Origin: Dehalococcoidia bacterium
GTDB taxonomy: Bacteria > Chloroflexota > Dehalococcoidia > UBA2979
NCBI GenBank assembly: GCA_965262725.1
Contig: OZ253555.1
Span: 2,176,001-2,240,000, forward strand
DNA length: 64,000 nt
Direction of reading: 5' to 3'
In this document: piece by piece, positions 54,937 to 64,000 of the stretch
Position numbering within the stretch: the stretch's first letter is position 1
Layout of the letters: the number at the start of each line of letters is the position of its first letter
The notes under the pieces: model-generated
Databases searched by the model: none
The model's input: only the letters and a program-made list of their open reading frames with translations
What the model was told of the DNA's origin: nothing
Program-made: the position numbers and the translations under genes

Positions 54937-56070
54937 CTACTCGCAGGCCGCGCGGTAGCGCACGACGTTCGCGATGTGCTCGTCGAGCGTCTCCGCGAAG
55001 AGGTGGCTGACACCGTCGCAGGAGGGGTTCGCCACGAAGTAGAGGAGCTCCGTCTCGGGTGCATCGACCATCGCGCGGATCGCGGCGGCCCCCGGCTGGG
55101 CTATGGGCCCGGGTGGAAGGCCCGAGACGCGGTAGGTGTTGTAGGGCGAGTCGACGTCGAGGTCATCGATGGTGAGCTCCTCCTTCCACCAGCCGTAGAG
55201 CTCGACGCTCTCTTGAGTCGCGATCGAGTACTGCACGGTGGGATCGGCCTGGAGCGGGATCCCCCCCTGGAGGCGGTTCAGGAAGACCGAGGCGATGAGC
55301 GGGTACTCGTCCTCCAGGGCCCCCTCGCGCTCGACTATCGAGGCGAGCGTCAGGAGCTCGTGGAGGGAGAGGCCGCTGGCGTCCGCCTCCCGGATCAGCC
55401 CGGGCGTGACGACATCCGCGAGCGCGTCGAGCATCGCCTGGACCAGCGACTCCGCGCTCTGGGCGTCGGCGAGCGCGTAGCTCTGGGCTGCCAGGTAGCC
55501 CTCGAGCGTCGCGCCCTCGGGGCGCGCGACGAGGAGGGGATGGCTGCGGGGACCCTGGCGTACGGCGTCCCACTGGGCCGCGGTCACGACGCCCTCGGCG
55601 ACGCAGCCGGGCGGCGCCTCGTCGTCGCCGTCGACCAGGAGCTCGCCGAGCTGCTCCAGGCGCAGCCCCGCGGGCACGCAGACCACGACCTCGCTCGGAA
55701 CGCCGGCGCGGAGGCGCCGGATCAGCTCCCCGGCCGGCGTGGGGCGCGGCAGCGTATAGCGGCCCGCCTGGAGCTCCGGGGCGGCGCGCTGGTAGTCGAG
55801 CAGGAGCAGGAAGGCCCGTGCGTCGGTGAGCACGCCCGCGTCGACGGCGAGCTGGGCGATGCCGCCGGCTCCGGCTCCCTGCGGCACCACGAGCTCGCTC
55901 TCGCCCACGGCGGGGCGCACGGCGACCGCGGCCGTTCCGGTCCGTTCGTGGAGCGCGGCGGCGGCCGCTTCCGGCGTTCCGTCGAGCAGCATGCGGGCGC
56001 CGACGCCGACCAGGCCCGCGTAGAGCAGGAGCGCCGCGAGCACGAGCGTGAGCGGATCACGCGCTCGCAT
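54937..56070 (-). CDS. mltG: Endolytic transglycosylase MltG (YceG)
   Basis: N-terminal TM; 'LEGYL', 'LASIVERE', 'VFLNRL', 'LQADPTVQY', 'SPYNTY...GLPPGPI'. Confidence 0.93.
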   Translation of the reverse strand: MRARDPLTLVLAALLLYAGLVGVGARMLLDGTPEAAAAALHERTGTAAVAVRPAVGESELVVPQGAGAGGIAQLAVDAGVLTDARAFLLLLDYQRAAPELQAGRYTLPRPTPAGELIRRLRAGVPSEVVVCVPAGLRLEQLGELLVDGDDEAPPGCVAEGVVTAAQWDAVRQGPRSHPLLVARPEGATLEGYLAAQSYALADAQSAESLVQAMLDALADVVTPGLIREADASGLSLHELLTLASIVEREGALEDEYPLIASVFLNRLQGGIPLQADPTVQYSIATQESVELYGWWKEELTIDDLDVDSPYNTYRVSGLPPGPIAQPGAAAIRAMVDAPETELLYFVANPSCDGVSHLFAETLDEHIANVVRYRAACE

Positions 56071-56500
56071 CGTCGGCTCTCGCGTCGCCCCCTGCAGAAG
56101 GGTCGCGGCGTGCGTCCAGGAAGCGCTGCAGGATCATCGCCGCCGCGATGTCGTCCGAAGGCCGCTTCCGCCGGGAGGCTGGCCTCCCGGTCGTGCGCAG
56201 TGCCTCCTCCGCCGCCCAGGTCGTGAGCCGCTCGTCTGCGTACTCGACCGGGAGGCCGAGAGCGGCGAGCCGCGTGCCGAGGCGGCGCGCCGCCCGGGCC
56301 GCCTCGCCCTCCGAGCCGCCGAGCGTGAGCGGCAGACCCACCACGATGCCGCCGGCCTGCTCGCGGGCGGCGGTGGCGCGGACGGCGGGGAAAGCGGCGG
56401 AAGCAGGCACCACCTCGAGCGGGACGGCGAGCCGCTCGTCGTCGTCGCAAATCGCGAGCCCCACTCGCTCGCTGCCGGGGTCGACCCCGATCCAGCGCAT
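56057..56500 (-). CDS. ruvX: YqgF/RuvX pre-16S rRNA nuclease
   Basis: 'GVDPG..RVGLA', 'VVGLP', 'DERLTT', 'D..AA..ILQ'. Confidence 0.94.
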   Translation of the reverse strand: MRWIGVDPGSERVGLAICDDDERLAVPLEVVPASAAFPAVRATAAREQAGGIVVGLPLTLGGSEGEAARAARRLGTRLAALGLPVEYADERLTTWAAEEALRTTGRPASRRKRPSDDIAAAMILQRFLDARRDPSAGGDARADDASA

Positions 56501-58383
56501 CAGCGAAGCCGCGCCCGGCCCCGCGTGTCGGACCCCGCACGCGCGAGCAGCGGCGTGGGCTCGCCGCCATTCGGGCTCCGGCTCTCCTCGCCGTCCCCGT
56601 CCGGAGAGGCCTCCTCCGGCTCCGCCTCGCCCTCCTCCTGCGGCTCCTCGAGCATCCCGGCGAAGTCGATCGCGATGCGCTCGGCGCGGCGCGGCATCCA
56701 GCGCCAGGGCACCCACTCCGGCTCGAGCGTTACCCGGGGCGCCTCCTCAAGGCCGAGACGCTCGACCAGCCTCGCGGCGGCCACGCTCGGCTCGACGCCC
56801 GTGAGCTCGGCGCGCAGGGGATCGAGGTCGGGGACGGCGTGGACGCGTCCTTCCACCATGATGACGACGCCGCCGCCCGCTCCCTCCGGGGCGGCGGCGA
56901 GCGTAGCGGAGACCGTGTCGTGGAGGAGCGCGACGCCGTCGGGGAGGGCCTCCTCGATCAGAAGCCGGCCGTAGGCCTCGGCAGTGGCGACGGTGACGGC
57001 GAGCCCCGAGGCGAGCGCGGTGTAGTCCATGAGGAAGACATCGGTCGCCTCGCCGAGCAGCGACTCCGGCCGCTCTGTCAGGATCACGACGCCCACCGTC
57101 TCCTCGAGCAGGGTCGCCTCCTCGGAGGCGTCGCGCAGCGCCCGCGTCGCGGCCCGGGCGAGCACCGCCCGGGCGAGCTCGCGGAGGCGGTCCACGTCCT
57201 CCTGCGCGACCGCCGGGACCAGTATGTTGGTGCCGCCGTCGGCGGCGACCGGGTTGATCACGGTGAGCGAGGCTGGCAGCTCCGTGCCGAGCACGCCGAT
57301 CTCCCCGGGGGCGACGTTGCCGTCGACGCCGGAGAACTCCGCTGCTGCGCCCACGTCGACCGATTCGCCGGGGGGCACCACGACCGGCTCGTCGGTGAGG
57401 AAGGCCGTCCCGGAGTCCGTCCGGGCCACCGTGTCCGCTGGCAGATCGATGTGGGCGTCGCTCGCGTTCGCGAAGCGCAGGATCGTGGTGGCGCGGTCGT
57501 CGCCGATCTCGGTCTCGCCGGTCGGCACGGTGGCGAGCGTCGCCGAGATCTCGCGCTCGACGCTCTCCGCGGGGACGATGGCGAGCGAGATGTCAGGCGC
57601 CTCGATCAGGGGCTGTGGCCGGACCTGCGCCGAGCGGCTGATGGGCTCGCTCGCCGGCACGATCACTATGCGCGCCGAGGGCAGCTGGTAGCACGCTGCG
57701 ACACCGGCGAGCGCGACCGCGGCGAGGAGGAACAAGCCGCGGAGCGACGAGCCGAGTCGCGGCTTGGGGATGGTGAAGACGCGCGCGCCGAGGCGCAGGC
57801 GCCACGGCCCGCGGCGTAGTCCACGCGGCGAGCGCGCTGCTCGCAGCCCGTTGGCGCGCGCGTGCGCGCGCACGTCGCCGCGCGAGGAGACAACGCCGAG
57901 CGCGGTTCCCCTCCTCCGGACGTGGGCGGCGACGTGCGCCCACGCCGCCGCCGACCGGAGCGCGCGCGCGCCCCGCGGCACCAGCAACATGATGTCGGGC
58001 TCGGTCGCAGTGTCGATTCGGCCGGTCACCGCCAGCCAGTCGTCGTCGCGGCGGGCAACGATCGTGGCGACCGGGATGGCCTCCCGCCGGCCGCGGTCGC
58101 GCCGGGGACGGGCCGTCCGGGCGGGCCGCTCCCGCCGCTCCCGGGAGGGGCGCCTGGTGACGAGCGCCCGCGCCGCGGTGCCGAGGCGCCGCAGGCCTGC
58201 TGCGGCTGTCCCGGCGAGTCGCCGTGCGCCGGCGCCTGCCGCCCGTCCCAGCCGACCGCAGGCCCGGCTGGCGCCCCCAGCGAGCGCGCCGCCCCTCGCG
58301 GCGATTCGCTCGCCGATGAGGCGCAGCCGTCCCGAGGCCGCTCCGGACGGCGGGCGGGAATTTCCGGGCCGATCCGGCGACAT
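56500..58383 (-). CDS. Membrane-anchored baseplate J/gp47-like protein
   Basis: Single central TM, then 'A.T.LRF.N......LPA.T.....SG..F.T...V..P......V...A...G..GNV..G.I' and 'V.N.....GG', resembling baseplate-J beta domains. Confidence 0.7.
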   Translation of the reverse strand: MSPDRPGNSRPPSGAASGRLRLIGERIAARGGALAGGASRACGRLGRAAGAGARRLAGTAAAGLRRLGTAARALVTRRPSRERRERPARTARPRRDRGRREAIPVATIVARRDDDWLAVTGRIDTATEPDIMLLVPRGARALRSAAAWAHVAAHVRRRGTALGVVSSRGDVRAHARANGLRAARSPRGLRRGPWRLRLGARVFTIPKPRLGSSLRGLFLLAAVALAGVAACYQLPSARIVIVPASEPISRSAQVRPQPLIEAPDISLAIVPAESVEREISATLATVPTGETEIGDDRATTILRFANASDAHIDLPADTVARTDSGTAFLTDEPVVVPPGESVDVGAAAEFSGVDGNVAPGEIGVLGTELPASLTVINPVAADGGTNILVPAVAQEDVDRLRELARAVLARAATRALRDASEEATLLEETVGVVILTERPESLLGEATDVFLMDYTALASGLAVTVATAEAYGRLLIEEALPDGVALLHDTVSATLAAAPEGAGGGVVIMVEGRVHAVPDLDPLRAELTGVEPSVAAARLVERLGLEEAPRVTLEPEWVPWRWMPRRAERIAIDFAGMLEEPQEEGEAEPEEASPDGDGEESRSPNGGEPTPLLARAGSDTRGRARLR

Positions 58384-58389
58384 GGCGCC

Positions 58390-61122
58390 CTAGTCCTCGC
58401 CCAGCAGGCGAGCCCGCGCTGCCTCCGCGGCGGCCTCGAGCGCCGGCTCGATGGCGGCGGCGTCCCGGCCGCCGGCCTGCGCCATCCGGGGGCGTCCACC
58501 TCCGCCTCCGCCGGCGCGCGCCGCGGCGACCCGCACCAGCTCATCGGCGCGGAGTCCTCGCGAGACGGCGGCCTCCGTTGCTGCGGCGACGAAGATGGGG
58601 CGTCCACCCGCTTCGGCGGCGAGTGCGACGAAACCGACCTCCCCGAGGCGACCGCATACGGCCTCGGCCAGGGCGCGCAGCGCCTCCTGCGACTCCGACT
58701 CCACCCGCGCGACGACGAGGTGCGCGCCGTCTCGCTCCTCCGCCTCGGCGGCGAGCCGCGAGGCGATCTCGGCGCTCTCGCTGCGCGCCCGCTGCCTGGC
58801 CCGCCTCCGCTCCTCGGCGAGCTGCTCCTCGAGCGCCGCGACCCGCGCCCGGAGCTCCTCCGGTCGCGAGCGAAAGTGCTGGACGAGTTCCGCGACGATG
58901 TCGACGCGCTCCTCGAGATAGCGCTCGGCCTCGGGGCCGGTCAGCGCCTCGATGCGCCGCAGCCCGGAGCCGATGCTCGCGTCGCTCACGATCGCGAAGC
59001 TGCCGATGCGGCCCGTCGAGGGGAGGTGCGTCCCGCCGCAGAGCTCGCTGCTCCAGCAGCCGTGCTCGTGTCGTGCGTTGTGCACGTGCGGGTCGCAGTA
59101 CTCCACGACCCGCACGTCGGTTGCGTAGCGGTCCTCGAAGAAGGCGATGGCTCCGCGCTCGATCGCCTGCTCGTAGGGGAGCTCGAGGATCTGGCTCGGG
59201 ATGTCGTTGCGCACCCGCTCGTTGACCATCCGCTGCACCGCGCGCAGCGACTCGGGCTCGGGCGCCTCCGGCAGCGTGTAGTCGAAGCGCAGCCGATCGG
59301 GCGCCACGAGCGACCCGCTCTGCCGCACCTGCGTACCGAGCACCGAGCGGAGCGCCGAGTGCAAGAGGTGCGTCGCCGTGTGGTTGCGCTGGCAGCCCGC
59401 GCGCCATCCAGAGGCGACGATCGTTCTCGCCTGGTCCCCCACGGCGATCTCGCCCTCGAGCACCTCGCCGCGGTGCACGATCGCCTCGGCGAGGCGCTGG
59501 GTGTCGTCGACCCGGAAACGGGCCGTCCCCTCCGTCGCGTCCGCGACCGCGATCTCGCCGCGGTCGCCGACCTGGCCGCCGCCCTCGGGGTAGAAGCTCG
59601 TCGCGTCGAGCACGAGCTCGCCCCGCTCGCCGGAGCGGAGCCGATCGCGGGCGGCGCCACGGGCGCCGTCCTCCCCCCCGGCCTGAAGCCCGATCACGGC
59701 GCCGCGCCCCTCGGTCGTCTCGTAGCCGATGAAGCGCGACTGCAGGCCGAGCGCGGCGTAGCGCTGCTCGGAGTCGCAGATGGCGACGGCGCCCTCGCCG
59801 GCGGCGCGCGATCGCTCGCGCTGCGCCGCCATCTCCTCTTCGAAGCCCGCCTCGTCGATCCGAAGTCCCCGCGACGACGCCACCTCGCGGGTGAGCTCCG
59901 GGGGGAGCCCGTGCGTGTCGTAGAGGACGAACATCTCCCGGCCCGGCAGGAGCCGAGCGCCCGCGCCCTCCGGGGCGCGCTCGATCAGCTGCTCGAGGCG
60001 CTCGAGCCCGCGCGTGAGGGTCGAGCGGAAGCGCGCCTCCTCCGCCTCGACGATGCGCCGGATGAAGGCCGCCTGCTCGCCGAGCTCCGGGTAGGCGGCG
60101 CCGGCCGTCTCGATCGCGCGGGCGACGAGCGGCTCGAAGAGCTCCGCACCCGGCGCGATCGTGTGGCCGAAGTAGATCGCACGCCGGATCATGCGGCGCA
60201 GCACGTAGCCGCGCCCGTCGTTCCCCGGCAGCACGCCGTCGGAGACGAGGAAGGCTGCGGCGCGAGCGTGCTCGGTGATTGCGCGAAGCGCCCGCGCCCC
60301 CGCCGGATCGCCCTCCGCGTCGTAGGGGCGGCGGGTGAGGCGCTCCGCCTCCGCGAGGAGCCCCCTGAGCTCGTCGGTCTCGTAGACGGTCCTCACGCCG
60401 GCCAGCACCGCCGCCACGCGCTCGAGGCCGGCGCCGGTGTCGATGTTCTGCGCGGGGAGCGGCGTCCTCTCGCCGCTCTCGTCCTGGAAATAGGTCATGA
60501 AGACGAGGTTCCAGACCTCGAGGAAGCGCCCGCAGCCGACATCGGGGTGGCACTCTCCCGTGTCGCACGATGCGCAGCCCTCGGTCTCGCCCCAGTCGTA
60601 GTGGAGCTCCGAGCAGGGTCCGCACGGCCCCACGTCGCCCGAGTACCAGTAGTTCCCCTGCTCCGCGGTGTAGCGGAGGATCCGCTTCTCGGGGATCCCG
60701 CGCTCCCGCCACAGCGCGAACGCCTCGTCGTCGTCGGTGTAGACGGTCGCCCACAGCCGCGCGGCCGGGATCCCGAGCGCTGTGGTCATGAACTCCCAGG
60801 CCCACGCCACCGCGTCCTGCTTGAAGTAGTCGCCGACCGAGAAGTTGCCCAGCATCTCGAAGAAGGTGAGGTGGGACTCGTCGCCCACGTCCTCGACGTC
60901 GGTCGTGCGGAAGCACTTCTGGATCGAGGTCAGCCGGGGCGCCGGCGGTTCCTCCAGCCCCATGAAGTAGGGCCGCAGCTGCACCATCCCGGCGGTCGTG
61001 AAGAGCAGGGTCGGGTCGCCGTGCGGGATGAGCGAGGAGGAGGGGATGCGGCGGTGGCCGCGCGCCTCGAAGTAGCGGAGGAAGGCCCCCCTGAGGCCCT
61101 CAACGGTCGTCGGCGCCGGCAT
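58390..61122 (-). CDS. alaS: Alanine--tRNA ligase
   Basis: 'DPTLLFT.AGM', 'H.TFFEMLGNFS', 'GPCGPCSE', 'IDTGAGLER', 'HTATHLLH', 'ELCGGTH', 'GGGGG'. Confidence 0.98.
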   Translation of the reverse strand: MPAPTTVEGLRGAFLRYFEARGHRRIPSSSLIPHGDPTLLFTTAGMVQLRPYFMGLEEPPAPRLTSIQKCFRTTDVEDVGDESHLTFFEMLGNFSVGDYFKQDAVAWAWEFMTTALGIPAARLWATVYTDDDEAFALWRERGIPEKRILRYTAEQGNYWYSGDVGPCGPCSELHYDWGETEGCASCDTGECHPDVGCGRFLEVWNLVFMTYFQDESGERTPLPAQNIDTGAGLERVAAVLAGVRTVYETDELRGLLAEAERLTRRPYDAEGDPAGARALRAITEHARAAAFLVSDGVLPGNDGRGYVLRRMIRRAIYFGHTIAPGAELFEPLVARAIETAGAAYPELGEQAAFIRRIVEAEEARFRSTLTRGLERLEQLIERAPEGAGARLLPGREMFVLYDTHGLPPELTREVASSRGLRIDEAGFEEEMAAQRERSRAAGEGAVAICDSEQRYAALGLQSRFIGYETTEGRGAVIGLQAGGEDGARGAARDRLRSGERGELVLDATSFYPEGGGQVGDRGEIAVADATEGTARFRVDDTQRLAEAIVHRGEVLEGEIAVGDQARTIVASGWRAGCQRNHTATHLLHSALRSVLGTQVRQSGSLVAPDRLRFDYTLPEAPEPESLRAVQRMVNERVRNDIPSQILELPYEQAIERGAIAFFEDRYATDVRVVEYCDPHVHNARHEHGCWSSELCGGTHLPSTGRIGSFAIVSDASIGSGLRRIEALTGPEAERYLEERVDIVAELVQHFRSRPEELRARVAALEEQLAEERRRARQRARSESAEIASRLAAEAEERDGAHLVVARVESESQEALRALAEAVCGRLGEVGFVALAAEAGGRPIFVAAATEAAVSRGLRADELVRVAAARAGGGGGGRPRMAQAGGRDAAAIEPALEAAAEAARARLLGED

Positions 61123-61313
61123 CGAGCCACCCCCCGCAACACCGGCCCATTGTGGGGGAGAGCCACCGAAGCTGCACACGCGCCGACGCGCCTCCCGGCG
61201 CTCCGGAGTCGCCGGGAGGTGCGCACGATGTAGTATGAGCGGCCGCTCGCGGCGCAGGGAGAACCGCCGCGAGCGAGGCCTCGCGCGAGGCCTCGCGCCG
61301 AGAGGAGACCCCC

Positions 61314-62777
61314 CTGAGCGCCGACGCCGGGGGCGCACCGGGGCCTCCCCGCCCCGGGGGATCCGTCGACGAGTGGAGTGCCGTCGTGCTGGCGGCCGGG
61401 CGCGGGACGCGCATGCGCTCCGCCCGGCCCAAGGTGCTCCACCCGGTGGCCGGCCGCCCGATGGTGCAGCTCGTCTGCGACGCCGCGCAGGACGCCGGGC
61501 TTCAGCGCATCGTCGTCGTGGCATCGCCCGACGCGCGCGATCAGGTGGCCGAAGCGCTGTCCGAAGGCGGCGTAGCCGGCCCGGGCGCAGCCCGGCCGAC
61601 GATCGCCGAGCAGTCCGAGCAGCTCGGGACCGGCCACGCGGCGCTCTGCGCCAGGGAGGTGGCCGCGGGCGCCCGACACGTCCTCATCACCTACGGCGAC
61701 CTCCCCCTGCTGACCGCCCCGACGCTCGCGGAGCTGATGGAGCGCCACCTCTCGACCGGGGCTACCCTGACCTTCCTCACCGCGCGCCTCGACGACCCGA
61801 CCGGCTACGGCCGCGTCATGCGGGCCGGCGGCCGCGTGCGGGGAATCGTCGAGGAGAGCGAGACAGACGAGGCCACGCGCGGGGAGCACGAGGTCAACGC
61901 GGGCCTCTACGCGGCGCGCGCGGACTGGCTGTGGCCGACGCTCGCGGCGCTCACACCGGGGCCGCGCGGCGAGATCTACCTCACCGATCTCGTCGCCCGC
62001 GCGGTGTCGGAGGGGGTGGGCGTCGAAACGTCGGCCCTCGAGGATCCCTCCGAGGCGCAGCAGGTGAACACGCGTGTCGAGCTCGCCTCGGCCGAGCAGG
62101 CGCTCCGCGACCGCGTGAGGCGCCACCTCATGGAGTCGGGCGTCACGCTGGTGGATCCCGCATCGACCTTTGTCGATGTCGGCGTGGAGGTCGAGGCGGA
62201 CTGCACGATCCAGCCCGGCGTGCACCTCTCCGGCGCAACCCGCATCGGCGCGGGCACCGAGATCGGACCCCACGCCGTGCTGCGAGACATGCGAGTCGGT
62301 GAGCGCTGCCGCGTGGAGGGCGCGACGCTGCGCTCCTCGACGCTCGGTGACGAGGTCGAGGTGGGGCCCTACTGCGTCGTACGGCCGGGCTGCGTTCTCG
62401 CTGAGCGCGTGCACCTCGGCAGCTACGCCGAGCTCAAGAATGCGCAGGTCGGCGCTCGCTCGCAGATCGGTCACTTCTCGTACATCGGCGACAGCGTGGT
62501 CGGCTCCGGCGTGAACATCGGAGCCGGCGTCGTCACGGCGAACTACGATGGATCCCGCAAGCAGGTGACGCGGATCGGCGACGGTGCCTTCATCGGTAGC
62601 GACACGACGCTCGTCGCGCCTGTTACCGTCGGGGCCGGCGCGTACACCGGCGCCGGCGCGGTGGTTGTCCGCGACGTAGCGCCGGGTGAACGCGTGGCCG
62701 GCGTTCCGGCGCGCGTGCTGGGACGCCGCAGAAGCGGCGGGCGCGGGAAGCGCCCCGCCGAGGAGGAGGAGGTCTGA
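61314..62777 (+). CDS. glmU: Bifunctional UDP-GlcNAc pyrophosphorylase/acetyltransferase GlmU
   Basis: 'LAAG.GTRM.S..PKVLH', 'Q..QLGTGHA', 'YGD.PL', 'YLTD', hexapeptide repeats, 'NYDG..K'; start inferred at CTG. Confidence 0.96.
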   Translation: MSADAGGAPGPPRPGGSVDEWSAVVLAAGRGTRMRSARPKVLHPVAGRPMVQLVCDAAQDAGLQRIVVVASPDARDQVAEALSEGGVAGPGAARPTIAEQSEQLGTGHAALCAREVAAGARHVLITYGDLPLLTAPTLAELMERHLSTGATLTFLTARLDDPTGYGRVMRAGGRVRGIVEESETDEATRGEHEVNAGLYAARADWLWPTLAALTPGPRGEIYLTDLVARAVSEGVGVETSALEDPSEAQQVNTRVELASAEQALRDRVRRHLMESGVTLVDPASTFVDVGVEVEADCTIQPGVHLSGATRIGAGTEIGPHAVLRDMRVGERCRVEGATLRSSTLGDEVEVGPYCVVRPGCVLAERVHLGSYAELKNAQVGARSQIGHFSYIGDSVVGSGVNIGAGVVTANYDGSRKQVTRIGDGAFIGSDTTLVAPVTVGAGAYTGAGAVVVRDVAPGERVAGVPARVLGRRRSGGRGKRPAEEEEV

Positions 62778-62816
62778 GGCCGACCGGCGGCTCATCCCGC
62801 CGGGCGGTAACCGGTT

Positions 62817-64000
62817 TTGGATACGAGATCGCTGCTGGCTATCCTCCTCCTCGTCCTCGCCGGCGTGGTGCTGGCCGTGGTGGCAGCGTCCGAGGCCTCC
62901 GTCTCGGCGCTCGGGCGTCTTCGCTCGCGCCCATCCGACGACAACGACCTGCACGCCCGCCTGCGCGGCTACGTGCGCCAGCGCCACCGCATCCTGCGAT
63001 CGCTCTCCGCGGCAAGCAGCGTGGGGATCGTGATCGTCACCACCGCCATCACCGTGCTCGTGCTCGGCGGCTCCCGGCTCGACGGTGCCGAGATGCTGGG
63101 AGTGGTCGTGCTCGCCGCAGCCAGCGCCGTCGTCCTCCGGCAGAGCGCGCGGATGTTCGCGCTCCAGGGACCGGAGGCGGCGGCTCTCCGCCTCGCCGGC
63201 CTCATCCGGCTCATCGACCTCGTCTTCGGCGCCGTGGCGTGGGGCGGCTCGCTTCCCGCGCGGCTCGTGCTCAGGCTCATCGGCCGCGATCCCGAGCGCG
63301 GCGATCCCACGCCGGCGCAGGAGCTCCTGGACCTGCTCGAGCTGGAGGAAGAGTCGGACGCGCTCGCCGAGGAGCGCCGCATGATGCGAGGCATCCTCGA
63401 GATGGGCGAGCAAAGCGTGCGCGAGATTATGTCAGCTCGCACCGACCTCACGGCGGTCTCGACGGATGCATCCATCGGGGACGCGATGCGGTTGGTCTCG
63501 GACACGGGATTCAGCCGCATCCCGCTCTATGAGGAGGACATCGACCACATCGTTGGCGTGGTCTACGCGAAAGATCTGATTGCCTACCTCCAGCGGGGCG
63601 ACGTGGCGCCGGCCCTGCGCGACGTGGCGCGCCCACCGTACTTCGTGCCCGAGACGAAGCGCGCGAACGAGCTCCTCGCCGACCTCAGGCGCGAGCAGGT
63701 GCACATGGCGATAGCGGTCGACGAATACGGCGGAACGGCGGGCGTGGTCACGGTCGAGGACCTGGTGGAGGAGATCGTCGGCGAGATCTCGGACGAGCAC
63801 GACACCGACGAAATCGAGGTCGAGCGCACCTCGGACCACGAGGCCCTGGTCGACGCGCGGCTCTCGATCGACGATCTCAACGAGCTCTTCGGGACCGAGA
63901 TCGAGCTCGAGGACGTCGACTCGGTGGGCGGCCTCGTAGTCTCGCGACTGGGCCGGCTCGCGGTTCCGGGAGATCAGGTCGCGACCGACGACGCCGCCCT
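62817..64000 (+). CDS. HlyC/CorC (CNNM-CBS-CorC) family membrane protein, 3'-truncated by window
   Basis: TTG start '[18 protein letters not shown]'; then 'VREIMSAR', 'GFSRIPLY', 'FVPETK', '[27 protein letters not shown]'. Absent from the ORF track because it has no stop in the window. Confidence 0.92.
   Translation, partial: MDTRSLLAILLLVLAGVVLAVVAASEASVSALGRLRSRPSDDNDLHARLRGYVRQRHRILRSLSAASSVGIVIVTTAITVLVLGGSRLDGAEMLGVVVLAAASAVVLRQSARMFALQGPEAAALRLAGLIRLIDLVFGAVAWGGSLPARLVLRLIGRDPERGDPTPAQELLDLLELEEESDALAEERRMMRGILEMGEQSVREIMSARTDLTAVSTDASIGDAMRLVSDTGFSRIPLYEEDIDHIVGVVYAKDLIAYLQRGDVAPALRDVARPPYFVPETKRANELLADLRREQVHMAIAVDEYGGTAGVVTVEDLVEEIVGEISDEHDTDEIEVERTSDHEALVDARLSIDDLNELFGTEIELEDVDSVGGLVVSRLGRLAVPGDQVATDDAA

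Noticed and set aside
56500-58383. Prophage, tailocin or T6SS locus
   Set aside because: No other structural, lysis or integrase genes; flanks are core genes with coupled starts and stops.

Overview
Very GC-rich, gene-dense chromosomal segment made up mostly of core housekeeping genes. The lineage looks like Chloroflexota (Dehalococcoidia-like); this is an inference from a DUF2298/'YYY' membrane protein and a baseplate-J-like gene inside the alaS-ruvX-mltG operon. Contents: rnc-smc-(dinB-like insert)-ftsY; a CCA-adding enzyme operon; PHP-dinG-GNAT; pncAB; rsmA-ispE; a long Alu-domain SRP RNA; fabV; a Zn/Mn ABC transporter; lepA; oppDF; three tRNAs (Leu-TAG, Lys-CTT, Val-GAC); thrS-accC-BCCP-infC-rpmI-rplT facing an inverted pheST; moeA; a long alaS-to-acyP operon with aroE/aroC/aroKB; glmU; and a partial CorC/HlyC gene. 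I saw no CRISPR array, transposase, integrase or prophage. Most interesting signals: (1) a small C4-H-C3 PHD/RINGv-like zinc-finger gene translationally coupled to the tRNA nucleotidyltransferase; (2) a lone membrane-anchored baseplate-J-like protein coupled to ruvX/mltG; (3) a GATase-like/coiled-coil/degenerate PD-(D/E)XK protein next to the SRP RNA; (4) several apparently leaderless genes (TAnnnT-N6/7-start) and non-canonical ATC/CTG starts; (5) a nested-pseudoknot-capable thrS leader. All calls come from reading motifs by eye; no searches were run.
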